NCBI GenBank assembly: GCA_043803405.1
Contig: JAZDKB010000004.1
Coordinates: forward strand, 1 to 64,000
Length of the DNA stretch: 64,000 nt
Source: Spirochaetota bacterium
GTDB taxonomy: Bacteria > Spirochaetota > UBA4802 > JAFGDQ01
Direction of reading: 5' to 3'
A program made the position numbers and the translations under genes. The notes under the pieces were generated by a model, which saw only the letters and a program-made list of their open reading frames with translations, did no database searches and was not told the origin of the DNA. Of the stretch, positions 27,421 to 37,887 are shown in pieces (position 1 is the first letter of the stretch; every line of letters begins with the position of its first letter).

Positions 27421-29820
27421 TTATTTCCCCTTCAGCATATTAATTATATCCTGAACCTTGTCGCGGTTTGCGTGATCGGGTTTCAGGGATAACAGCTTTT
27501 CATAATTGTAAACCGCTTTGTCCTTATCCTTTAAATTCCTGTAATAAATAGTACCGAGTTCCTCATAAGCTTCCCAGTACCTGCTTTCAATCTTGGTAGC
27601 TCTTTCGAACGATTTTACCGCGTCACTATACATTTGCTTGTCCCTGTATGTCAATCCCAGAAAAAAATGCGCCTTTGCGTCAACGGGATTAATATTGAGA
27701 GATGTGTTGTATTCTTCCACAGCTTCATCGTACATTTTGGTTTCCCTGAAAGCTTTGGCAAGATTAAAATGAGCATCGAAGGATTTAGGGTCATTCTGCG
27801 TGGCGCTTTTATATTGTTGAATGGCCTTATCATTAAGGCCGTTGTTGAGGTAAAGATTACCCAGGTTAATATAGGCTTTCGTGTAATGAGGATTTGCTGT
27901 TATCGATTTCTGATAAAAGGCAATTGCCTTATCCTGGTTGTTGCTCGCTTCGTAAGTCTTTCCAAGTTCGTATAATGTAGGCGCATCATCTGCCTTTAGT
28001 TCCAGAGCCCTGTTGAACAGGCCTACAGCTTCGGTATAATTTTTCTGTATCGACTGGATAAGCCCCAGGTTGAAATACGCCTGGAAATACTCGCGGTCCA
28101 GCTCAATTGCTTTCTGATAGAACTGAGATGCGTTGTTATATGACTTCATCTCGTGATATGTTTCCGCAACTTTAAAAACAGTGTCAGGATTATCCGGTCT
28201 CAGCTTTAAATCTTCAGTAAAATGGCTGAGCGCTTCGTTGTAATTTTTACTTTTTAAATAAATATCTCCGAGATTAAAGTGCGCCCTGTCAAGTTTCGGA
28301 TCCTGTTGCAGCGATGTGTTCAGATCCTTGATCGCCTGCCTGTTATCGTTAAGCTTAATGTTTGCAAGCCCTCTTGAATAGTATGCCTTCGGGAAAACAG
28401 GCTGCTCCTTAACCGCCCTGTCGAACGCCTTTACCGCTTCGCCGTATTTGCTTTCCACATAATAGAGGAGCCCCAGCCTGTAAAATGCATCCGCGTTTTT
28501 CGGGTTAGCAATGATCGCGCTCTGATACGATTTTTTTGCTTCATCGGTTATCCCGCCATGGTCGTATATTCTACCGCGCCAGTAATGGGAATGGTCGTCG
28601 TTGCTGTCTATATCCACAGCTTTCTTGTAAGCGTTAAGCGCTGCATCGTATTTCTTTTCTGCTCTGAGCTTGTCGCCAAGCTCTCTCCATTTCGTAGCTT
28701 CGGACTTGTCATCCTTAGGAGGCTTTGGCGGGATCTTGGGCCCTGTATCGTCTGTAAGGTCGTCCTTTTTAGGAAGCTGCTTATCAACCTTGGGCAGCTT
28801 ATTTTCGGGCGGAGCAACTTTATCCGTTTCCGGCAGCGCGGGTTTGTCATTCACTGCAACTTTGTTAGCGCTGTTCAGCATTTTTAACGCAAGCGCGTAT
28901 TTGTCGCGCAGATTTTTATCCTTGCTGTTGTAGCCCAGAGCCTTTCTGTAATAGTCAGCAGCCTTTGCCCAGTCGCCAAGCTTTGCGTAAACATCGCCCA
29001 GCCTTTCGAGAGCTGCCGCATCATTCGGATCCACTTTAAGCGCTTTTTCAAAAGAAGCGATCGCGTCGTCGGTTTTATCCATCCTTAAGTTTGCATTACC
29101 CTGACCCACGTAATATTTTGACTTATTAGGATTTAAGGCAATGGCTTTATCAAAGGCCTGTTTTGCTTTATTAAATTCGCCTGTCTCCATATATACGCGG
29201 CCAAGATTATAATAGCCTTCCGGATCTTTCGGGTTCGCCTTAATCCCTTCCATGATAATAGCAACAGCCCCTTTCTTGTCCCCTTTTCTTAAGCGTTGTT
29301 TTGCTATGTTCCAGTAGCTCTCCGGATCTCTAGGAGCTAACTTTCTTGCTTTATTATATTCATCAAGCGCCTTCTTTAACTTTTCCTGATCGTCGAATAC
29401 ATTGCCTAGCCTGTTATATGCCTTCGGGTATTTGGGAAAATATTTTTTTGCAAGCTCAAGCGTGGCGATCGCATTATCATAGTCGCCTTTCAGGGCGTAC
29501 GCGTGCCCAAGCTCGTTCAATGCCTCGTAGTTCTGCGGATCGATCGCAAGCGCCTTTTTAAAGTACTCAATTGCTTTGTCAAGGTCGCCCATGTCCTTAT
29601 AAAGGCTGCCTATCTTGACCAGTATGCCGGTATTCCTCGGATCAGTCTCCAGGATCTTTTTATAAAGCTCAATCTGTTGCAGTCGCAGGTCCCGTATGTC
29701 GCCTGTGCTGTCTCCGGTGCCGCCTCTGAAAAGAAAATATCCGCCTCCCAGAAGAAGAGCCAGAATAAGCACCCCGGCAGCTCCCCATTTAAGTCCTTTA
29801 TATCTGTCGTAGTATGTCAT
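27421..29820 (-). CDS. Membrane-anchored multi-TPR protein
   Basis: N-terminal TM helix; two long TPR arrays separated by a Pro/Lys-rich linker. Confidence 0.85.
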   Translation of the reverse strand: MTYYDRYKGLKWGAAGVLILALLLGGGYFLFRGGTGDSTGDIRDLRLQQIELYKKILETDPRNTGILVKIGSLYKDMGDLDKAIEYFKKALAIDPQNYEALNELGHAYALKGDYDNAIATLELAKKYFPKYPKAYNRLGNVFDDQEKLKKALDEYNKARKLAPRDPESYWNIAKQRLRKGDKKGAVAIIMEGIKANPKDPEGYYNLGRVYMETGEFNKAKQAFDKAIALNPNKSKYYVGQGNANLRMDKTDDAIASFEKALKVDPNDAAALERLGDVYAKLGDWAKAADYYRKALGYNSKDKNLRDKYALALKMLNSANKVAVNDKPALPETDKVAPPENKLPKVDKQLPKKDDLTDDTGPKIPPKPPKDDKSEATKWRELGDKLRAEKKYDAALNAYKKAVDIDSNDDHSHYWRGRIYDHGGITDEAKKSYQSAIIANPKNADAFYRLGLLYYVESKYGEAVKAFDRAVKEQPVFPKAYYSRGLANIKLNDNRQAIKDLNTSLQQDPKLDRAHFNLGDIYLKSKNYNEALSHFTEDLKLRPDNPDTVFKVAETYHEMKSYNNASQFYQKAIELDREYFQAYFNLGLIQSIQKNYTEAVGLFNRALELKADDAPTLYELGKTYEASNNQDKAIAFYQKSITANPHYTKAYINLGNLYLNNGLNDKAIQQYKSATQNDPKSFDAHFNLAKAFRETKMYDEAVEEYNTSLNINPVDAKAHFFLGLTYRDKQMYSDAVKSFERATKIESRYWEAYEELGTIYYRNLKDKDKAVYNYEKLLSLKPDHANRDKVQDIINMLKGK

Positions 29821-30050
29821 ATTGTTTCTCCTTATTATATCCTGTCCCTGCTTGTCCCGGTACAGAGAATGAGCATCTGCCCATCTTCAAATCAGGTTTT
29901 ATACTTTGATCAATCGGAATACATTTCTAACTTTACTCCGGAATCAGGCCTGAAAGGCGTCATCAAAAATTTTGTAATGTATTTCGATTGATTGTCATTC
30001 ATCAAAACTAATATTTTTGAGCTGAATTCTAATTTATAACCGTATTGCTG

Positions 30051-30776
30051 TTATGGCAAATCGTCCTTGTAAATTCCCTCAAGCTTGGTCTTGGTTTTTT
30101 TGTCCTCGTGGCCTGCTTTCTGTTCCTTTGCTTTTCTGTCAGCGGATTCCAGCGTTGATCCGCCAAGGTGCAGCGCTTCCTCTATTGAAATGTCGCTGCC
30201 GAGCGGAGGCAGAACAAAGTTCGGATCTTTTAGAAGCTCAATCGCTCTTTTTATCTTTTCGTACTGTACGTCTTCGGGTGCTATCTTTAAAAATTTTTCC
30301 CAGTATTGTATCGTGTTCTCTTTATCGCGTTTAAGCATCAGATAACTCAGACCAATATGATAATATGAGAACGTGAGTTTGTTATCGATCTTGTATGCAA
30401 GCTTATAATTGTCGATTGACTGATCCGCTTCTTTTTTGTAATAGTGAATTTGTCCTATCCTGAAATAATTATCAGCTATATTCGGATCAATGTCCAGGGC
30501 TTTTTTGTACAGGCTTAGCGCACCGTCGAACCTTTTTTTCTCAAGGAAAATGTCGCCCAGATAAGAGTAGGCAAACGCATTTTCAGGATTTTTCTTAATC
30601 TCTTCCTGCAGAAGAATCTCAGCCATCTCAAGCTTTTTCTGGTAAAAATATTTTACAGCCTTTTTAAATGTATCTTCTTCTTTTTCTTTTTTAGCGGTAA
30701 AAGCGGTAGCCGGTAAAAATATCAAAAAAATAAGGAAATATATGATATATCTTTTGCGGTTCATTTCGTCCCTCAT
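30051..30776 (-). CDS. Exported TPR protein
   Basis: Signal peptide and several TPRs. Confidence 0.8.
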   Translation of the reverse strand: MRDEMNRKRYIIYFLIFLIFLPATAFTAKKEKEEDTFKKAVKYFYQKKLEMAEILLQEEIKKNPENAFAYSYLGDIFLEKKRFDGALSLYKKALDIDPNIADNYFRIGQIHYYKKEADQSIDNYKLAYKIDNKLTFSYYHIGLSYLMLKRDKENTIQYWEKFLKIAPEDVQYEKIKRAIELLKDPNFVLPPLGSDISIEEALHLGGSTLESADRKAKEQKAGHEDKKTKTKLEGIYKDDLP

Positions 30777-30849
30777 AATAATATCGTCAGGTGATTATCT
30801 CTAATTAAAGATATTATTTATTTCCCGAAAGGCAAGATAAATTCCGATT

Positions 30850-31770
30850 TCATTTTTTTTTACGCGACCAGACGGCAGCTAATATGGCAGCGCTTATAAT
30901 GCACCATGTTGCGAAAAGCGCGTTAGGAATAGCTGCCTCCGGAGAAATATGCTTAATCGCCAGCACAGCGCCCATGCCCGCGTTCTGCATCCCTACATTG
31001 ATAGCGAGTGTGCGGCGCTGCATCAGGTTAAAACCGAATCCCTTGCCGGCAAGATATCCGAAAACAAGGCCGAGGACATTCAGGCTTACCACAGCAATCA
31101 GTATAACAACCGTAACATTGCCAAGCGCATTCTTATTAAGCGCAACAACCAGGCCGCAAATAAAAGCGATAAAGAGCGTAGAGAACGCCGGGAACACAGG
31201 CTTTATGCCTGTGATGAATTTGTTAAAATAATGCTGAACAAGCAATCCCAGAAAAAGCGGCACAATAACCATCAGCATAATGCTCTGCATCATAGGCCAG
31301 AACTGTATCCGGATATATTCCTGTCCCAAAAAATAAGTCAGGGCAGGCGTCACAACAGGAGAGACAAGAGTCGTGGCCGTAGTCAGGGCAACTGAAAGCG
31401 CAACATCCGCCTCTGCAAGGTACGACATTACGCCAGCTGCCATAGCATCCGGCACTGCGGCCGCAAGTATAAGCCCCACTGCCAAAGCCGGAGGCAAATC
31501 AAGAACTTTAATGATGCAAAAAGCAAGAAGCGGCATAATCACAAATTGAGCAAGAGTGCCAAGAAGAACAATTCGCGGCTTTTCAATAATAGGTTTAAAA
31601 TCATTAAATGAAAGCAGGCACCCAATGCCGAACATGGTAAACGCGAACAGCCAGTCAGTGAAAGGCGCAAGCGGAACCAGAACATGGGGGAAAAGATAAC
31701 CTACCCCGGCAGATAAAACCACCCATACCACCAGCAATTGTGAAAACTTTTCCAGTATCTTAATAAGCAT
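30850..31770 (-). CDS. Bile acid:sodium symporter (BASS) family protein
   Basis: MFGIG, AQFVIMPL and NVGMQNAG motifs. Confidence 0.88.
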   Translation of the reverse strand: MLIKILEKFSQLLVVWVVLSAGVGYLFPHVLVPLAPFTDWLFAFTMFGIGCLLSFNDFKPIIEKPRIVLLGTLAQFVIMPLLAFCIIKVLDLPPALAVGLILAAAVPDAMAAGVMSYLAEADVALSVALTTATTLVSPVVTPALTYFLGQEYIRIQFWPMMQSIMLMVIVPLFLGLLVQHYFNKFITGIKPVFPAFSTLFIAFICGLVVALNKNALGNVTVVILIAVVSLNVLGLVFGYLAGKGFGFNLMQRRTLAINVGMQNAGMGAVLAIKHISPEAAIPNALFATWCIISAAILAAVWSRKKK

Positions 31771-31895
31771 AAATATCTTCTTTTACTATTGTAATTTTAA
31801 GTTCGATCTAAAGACTAAGACTATTCCTGCTGATTTCAATAATATTTAATTACTCATCTTGAATGGCTCTTCCGCATTATTATAGTTCAATTATG

Positions 31896-32009
31896 GATAA
31901 ATGTCATAGTAATCATCAATTTTCTCGCCGCTAATGTATACATCCTGTAAGAAGCGGCTTGCGGTGGCATCCTGCCACCTTAAAATTGATGATTACTATG
32001 ACATTTATC
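31896..32009. repeat. Palindromic element with perfect 28-bp arms around two CATCC-loop hairpins; its core matches the 15.7-kb MITE
   Basis: GATAAATGTCATAGTAATCATCAATTTT and its exact reverse complement at 31982-32009; core TTCTCGCCGCTAATG..TACATCCTGTAAGAAGCGGC is shared. Confidence 0.8.
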
Positions 32010-32065
32010 TTACATGCATAATAAAAAAATCAGTTAAATGAGTAATAATTAATAATAATTTTTTT

Positions 32066-32773
32066 CTATTTTAAACGTCTGTATGTCATCTCAGCTTGTG
32101 ATCCCTGTTTTATTTTTACACAGATAATTCTGCCTGTGGCGGCATCGACATACACAGTCTTTATTACAGGGCCCATTTTACCTTCAAAAACAGCACAGAC
32201 TATGCCGTCCACTATTTCTTCTTTTATCCGTGTTATAACCCACATGTCTGATTTTTCGCTTTTTCCTACGGCAAGTGGTTTATCCGGAATGAGATATGAA
32301 TCCATGGGTTCAGAATTTATTTTGATAAAATCATCAATGGATTTTGATTTTAACAGGAGATCTATCTCGTCAGTAAACCCGAATTCCTTTGAGGCTGCAG
32401 CTTCTTCCGGATTATCAAACTGCGGTTTTGGCCTTGGAATAAATATTTTTCCGTCCGGCGTAATTAATTTATATTGCTCCTTGTTTAAAAGCGGCGATTT
32501 ATCAAAGTTAGCAAGCTTATCGAGGGATAGCCCGGCCTCAGCTTTAAATGCTTTTGATTTAATAAGCGCAGAACCGTCCGGGAAAACTTTAACAACTTTA
32601 TTTTCGCTTTCTATACGGGACGCAGGCGGCTCTAATCCTTTCATTATTATGGTCTCTTCAGATTTCCATGTTTCATCCGAAAGAAATTTCAGGGCGATTT
32701 TATTTTCAGCTGTTAGTTGAAAACAAAAAGTAAATAAGTAAATGGCGATGCTGAACAAAATAAACTTTTTCAT
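32066..32773 (-). CDS. Hypothetical exported protein
   Basis: Signal peptide and AGGAG RBS; no family recognised. Confidence 0.65.
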   Translation of the reverse strand: MKKFILFSIAIYLFTFCFQLTAENKIALKFLSDETWKSEETIIMKGLEPPASRIESENKVVKVFPDGSALIKSKAFKAEAGLSLDKLANFDKSPLLNKEQYKLITPDGKIFIPRPKPQFDNPEEAAASKEFGFTDEIDLLLKSKSIDDFIKINSEPMDSYLIPDKPLAVGKSEKSDMWVITRIKEEIVDGIVCAVFEGKMGPVIKTVYVDAATGRIICVKIKQGSQAEMTYRRLK

Positions 32774-32838
32774 ATAATATTTTCTCCTTTTGATTAAATA
32801 TTAGTCGGATAATATCCCGCTGACACCGAAGGCGGAAG

Positions 32839-32880
32839 CCGGTGCGAAAGCACCGGGGGCTTGCCCCGGGGAATTTTATT
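32839..32880. repeat. Hairpins CCGGTGC-GAAA-GCACCGG and GGGGC-TT-GCCCC followed by GGAATTTTATT
   Basis: Related to 63898-63924. Confidence 0.55.
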
Positions 32881-33122
32881 AGTTGCAATATTGTATTATT
32901 TTTATTTAAAAAATCCAGTACTTTTGTAAAATTCTTTTTTCTTGTATTAGAAAGCCAATGCACTCTTTGATAATAACTTTATTAAATATTAAAGGCAATT
33001 TATAAATCCCGGTCATTAAATTAATTATAAGTTTATTGCAAAATATATTGCATTCTTTATAAAGCGTAATAAATAATAAATCATCGCGATTTAATAAATG
33101 ATTTCCAGTTCACTGCCGTATT

Positions 33123-33167
33123 TCAATTTTTAGCATTATTAACGACTAAAAACGAATGGGACAGTGT
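33123..33167 (+). repeat. 45-bp element, second copy
   Basis: 39/45 identical to 21154-21198. Confidence 0.75.
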
Positions 33168-33206
33168 GGTAGAATATATTTAAGCTAAGTCCGGAGAACG
33201 AGACAA

Positions 33207-34247
33207 ATGACTAACAAAGAAAAACTGATTAATCAAAAATGCAAATCAACAGGCATAGGAAGCGTACCACATACCGACATTAATGCTATTGCCGATCTTA
33301 TCATAAACAAATGCCCAAGCCTGCCTTACTGGCCGCAGATCGTAAACGCAGATCCGAGAGAAGGTATGCTGACGCAATATACTGAGAATCTTCCCTGCCT
33401 CAAACTGAATAAGAATAACGAAGTAATATTTGACGGCACCCTTAAGGACGAGCAGGTACTTAAATTTTATGAACACTTAACCTCCAGCGATTACGATTAC
33501 TTTAAAATAAGCAGGGAATATGCGCACGGATTTTATACTTTAATCGAAAAATTAAAAAGCAGCAAAATTGACTTTGTAAAAGGCCAGGTTGTTGGCCCGG
33601 TAACATTATTGTATTCGTTAAAAGGCGATGACGGCAAGCCGTTATTGTTCGACGATATGCTGAGCGACGCGGTCATTCGCGGGCTCGCAATGAAAGCCGT
33701 GTGGCAGGCAAAGGAAATAAAGAAGATCGGTAAAGCACCCGTTATATTCTTTGATGAGCCAGCCATGTCGGGTTTCGGTTCTGCTTTTATGCCGCTTAGT
33801 AAAGAGCAGGCAACGAATATATTCGATAAACTTATTGATACTGTAAAGGAACACGAAGACGTAATTACAGGAATGCACTGCTGCGGCAATTCCGACTGGG
33901 AAATGCTATTGCAGACAAAGATCGATATTATTAACTTCGACTCATTTGCCTTCTCGGAGAACTTCGTATTATTTTCAGAAAGCATAAAGAAGTTCCTTAA
34001 CAGGGGCGGCATAATTGCATGGGGAGCAGTGCCTACTTCGGATTACAGGAAAGGTATAACGCTTGATATAATAATAAATAAAGTAAACAACGCAGCAGAT
34101 AAATTAGCCGGCAAGGGAATAGACCGCAATATGCTGTTTAAGCAGTCCGTATTCACGCCCGCCTGCGGCATGGGCACACTGAGCAAGGAAATAGCAGAGA
34201 AGATACTGGATTTAACAAATAAACTCGCGCTGCATTTTACAAATTAG
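33207..34247 (+). CDS. Core (catalytic-domain-only) cobalamin-independent methionine synthase, MesB-like
   Basis: TGIGSVPH, KGQVVGPVT, FFDEP, Zn-site GMHCC, IAWGAVPT and TPACGMG; only 346 aa. Confidence 0.7.
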   Translation: MTNKEKLINQKCKSTGIGSVPHTDINAIADLIINKCPSLPYWPQIVNADPREGMLTQYTENLPCLKLNKNNEVIFDGTLKDEQVLKFYEHLTSSDYDYFKISREYAHGFYTLIEKLKSSKIDFVKGQVVGPVTLLYSLKGDDGKPLLFDDMLSDAVIRGLAMKAVWQAKEIKKIGKAPVIFFDEPAMSGFGSAFMPLSKEQATNIFDKLIDTVKEHEDVITGMHCCGNSDWEMLLQTKIDIINFDSFAFSENFVLFSESIKKFLNRGGIIAWGAVPTSDYRKGITLDIIINKVNNAADKLAGKGIDRNMLFKQSVFTPACGMGTLSKEIAEKILDLTNKLALHFTN

Positions 34248-34794
34248 TTTTAATTGCTTTTTCCAGGTCTTTTAAATTGCTTTCGTTATAGCCGATTGCA
34301 GAAAATAATATATCCTTATTTTTATTTACAAGAAAAAGAAGCGGTAGTGTCGCATTTTTAATATTATTTACTTTTCTGTAATTATTAAATGTCATGCCGT
34401 AAATATCCAGCAAACATGTTTCTTTAATATTTAGCTTTTGCAAAACCTCAGATGCTTTTTCTCTGGAAGGCCTTTCGGCTGTTCCTTCTTTTGTCTTTTC
34501 GGTAGTGGATTCAACATAGATAAATACGAGTTTAACTTTTTTATCTTTGAATATTTGCGAAGTGGCCATTTGCTGGAGTTCGGGCATTTCTTTTCTGCAT
34601 GGAAGGCAGTCGTACGACCAGAATGATATAACAAGATTGCTGCCGGTTAATAACGAGCTAAGCATTGTGATCTTTCCGTTTGTGTCTTCAAGCGCTATAC
34701 CCGGCGCTTTCGGCAGAGGCTGTTTTGCATCGGTAATTAGATAAAATGAACAGATCAGAAATGCTAACAGTGACAGTATAAATATTTTTTTCAT
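34237..34794 (-). CDS. TlpA/ResA-family thioredoxin-like protein
   Basis: FWSYDCLPCRKEMP (CxxC) after a signal peptide. Confidence 0.85.
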   Translation of the reverse strand: MKKIFILSLLAFLICSFYLITDAKQPLPKAPGIALEDTNGKITMLSSLLTGSNLVISFWSYDCLPCRKEMPELQQMATSQIFKDKKVKLVFIYVESTTEKTKEGTAERPSREKASEVLQKLNIKETCLLDIYGMTFNNYRKVNNIKNATLPLLFLVNKNKDILFSAIGYNESNLKDLEKAIKTNL

Positions 34795-35188
34795 AAATAA
34801 AAGTTCTCCCTTTAAAGCAGCATTGATTATGAAAGAATATAAATATCGAATATTACAGTAAATATTGCAATGTTCAAGTGTTTATTTTTTATATATCGGT
34901 TTCAGAGACATCTATGGAGCCTGCTTTATTAATATTATCCGATCAGATTTTGAATGGAATATCTTACAGAATAGGTTTTTTTCAGATTAGTGTCAATGTC
35001 GTTTTGTTAACTTTTGAGGTTTTTATTTTTAGCGGATTATAGTGTTCATTTTGCAGGTACTATCTTTCTATTTAAACCGTAAATTGCCTGAATTATCCAT
35101 TAATCCGTTAATTAAATTGCTTGACTTCATTCAGTATTTTCAACAATTTGATGATGCTATAAATAATATATATTATAGGAGATTTTAA

Positions 35189-35785
35189 GTGGCAGAAGTA
35201 ACAAGTGCATTAATAAAAGAACTGCGGGAAAGGACTCAGGTAGGCATAACTGAGTGTAAAAAAGCCCTTGTCGAATGCGGCGGCGATATTGAAAAGTCGA
35301 TCGATTATTTAAGGAAGAAAGGCATTGCATCGGCAGCTAAAAAAGAAAGCAGGGCGACTAAGGAAGGCATAGTAGCGACCTATATACATGGGAATTCCAA
35401 GCTGGGTGTAATGCTTGAACTTAACTGCGAAACAGACTTTGTAGCCAAGAACGAAGATTTCAGGGAATTCGGAAAAGAGCTGTGCATGCAGGTGGCTGCA
35501 AGTTCGCCTTTGTGCGTCAACATTGAGGATATACCGGCCGAAGAACTTGAGCGTGAAAAAGATATACACAGGGAGCAAATGAAGGATTCGGGGAAGCCTG
35601 CAAATGTCCTGGAGAAGATAGTCGAGGGTAAACTGAAAAAATATTACTCCCAGGTCTGCCTTATGGAGCAGGAATATATGCGCGATCCCAAAGTCATTAT
35701 AAAGGATCTTATTAAAGAAAAAATCGCAAAATTCGGAGAAAATATTTCGGTTTCCAGATTTGCCCGTTATAAGATCGGGAAATAA
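35189..35785 (+). CDS. tsf: Elongation factor Ts (short form)
   Basis: IKELRERT, ECKKAL and ELNCETDFVA motifs; GTG start with AGGAG RBS. Confidence 0.96.
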   Translation: MAEVTSALIKELRERTQVGITECKKALVECGGDIEKSIDYLRKKGIASAAKKESRATKEGIVATYIHGNSKLGVMLELNCETDFVAKNEDFREFGKELCMQVAASSPLCVNIEDIPAEELEREKDIHREQMKDSGKPANVLEKIVEGKLKKYYSQVCLMEQEYMRDPKVIIKDLIKEKIAKFGENISVSRFARYKIGK

Positions 35786-36523
<738 letters not shown>

Positions 36524-36607
36524 GGAATTTTATATTTCGTAGAAAGTCAGATAATTTAAAAAAACAGGCTTTTGGTTAAGACTGCTAATTAAAGTTAGAG
36601 GTTATTT

Positions 36608-37165
36608 ATGACAGAGGAAATTATTTCCGATCTTGAAGAAAGAATGAAGAAGAGCGTAAAAAATCTTCAAAAGGAATTCGCTGCCATAAGAACAGGCAGG
36701 GCAACTCCTTCAATTTTCGATAATGTCAGGGTTGATGTTTATGGAACGCAAATGCCGATAAACCAGGTTGCTACTATTTCGTGTCCCGAACCGAAACTGA
36801 TCGTAATTAATCCATGGGATAAGGGGAACATGTCATCAATTGAAAAATCCATCCTTAAGTCTGATCTCTCCTTAAACCCTTCAAGCGACGGCAACCTGAT
36901 AAGAATACAGATACCTGACCTGACCGAAGAAAGAAGAAAGGAATACGTGAAGCATGCGAAACAGAAAGCGGAAGAATGCAGGGTTGCGATCAGGAACATA
37001 AGAAGAGACGGCAATGAAATGATCAAGGAACTGGAAAAAGAAAAGGAAATATCTGAGGATGATTCCAAGGTCGCTATTGCTAAAATCCAGAAAATTACGG
37101 ACACGTTTACACAAGATGTTCAGAGTATTACGGATAATAAAGAAAAAGAAATATTGAATGTCTGA
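36608..37165 (+). CDS. frr: Ribosome recycling factor
   Basis: IRTGRA, LTEERRKE and RVAIRNIRRD motifs. Confidence 0.97.
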   Translation: MTEEIISDLEERMKKSVKNLQKEFAAIRTGRATPSIFDNVRVDVYGTQMPINQVATISCPEPKLIVINPWDKGNMSSIEKSILKSDLSLNPSSDGNLIRIQIPDLTEERRKEYVKHAKQKAEECRVAIRNIRRDGNEMIKELEKEKEISEDDSKVAIAKIQKITDTFTQDVQSITDNKEKEILNV

Positions 37166-37170
37166 TTTTA

Positions 37171-37887
37171 ATGAAAGACTATAAAAGCTTAATTGATCTG
37201 AAAAGGGTTCCCAGGCACATAGCGGTTATAATGGACGGGAACAGGCGATGGGCCGAAATGCATTCATTGCAAAGGCTGGAAGGGCACGCGAAAGGCGCTG
37301 ACGTTATCGATTCCATTACCGAATGCGCCAGTTCTCTCGGCGTCAAAGTATTATCCTTATATGCATTTTCCACTGAAAACTGGTCAAGATCAAAAACAGA
37401 AATAAAAGGTCTGTGGGATATTCTTCACCTGTATGTTAAATTAAAAAGAAATGACCTGATGAAAAACGGCGTGAGGATCAGGTTTTGCGGATTATATGAT
37501 AAGCTCCCTAAATCTGTAGTAAACAGCATTAACGACATAATTGCATTAACGAAAAATAATAAAAAGATAACTTTAAATATGTGTTTTAATTACGGCGGCA
37601 GGCAGGATATAGTTAACGCCGTAAATAAATGGATAGGTGCAAGGAAGCCGGACGAAGAACTGAACGAAAAAAAACTGGAGAAATACCTTTTAACGGCCGG
37701 CCTTCCCGGAATCGACTTAATGATAAGGACAAGCGGAGAATACAGGATAAGTAATTTTTTGATATGGCAGATAGCTTATTCGGAGCTTGTTTTTCTTGAT
37801 GTTCTGTGGCCGGATTTTAAGCCCGCGCATCTCCAGAAAGCTATTTACGAATACCAGAACAGGGAAAGGAGATACGGCGGATGGTAA
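37171..37887 (+). CDS. uppS: Undecaprenyl diphosphate synthase
   Basis: HIAVIMDGNRRWA, YAFSTENW and IRTSGEYRISNF motifs. Confidence 0.96.
   Translation: MKDYKSLIDLKRVPRHIAVIMDGNRRWAEMHSLQRLEGHAKGADVIDSITECASSLGVKVLSLYAFSTENWSRSKTEIKGLWDILHLYVKLKRNDLMKNGVRIRFCGLYDKLPKSVVNSINDIIALTKNNKKITLNMCFNYGGRQDIVNAVNKWIGARKPDEELNEKKLEKYLLTAGLPGIDLMIRTSGEYRISNFLIWQIAYSELVFLDVLWPDFKPAHLQKAIYEYQNRERRYGGW

Noticed and set aside
29821..30050. Small gene between the two TPR genes
   Set aside because: Minus-strand frames close within about 30 codons; the plus-strand ORF 29503-29991 is mostly antisense to the TPR gene.
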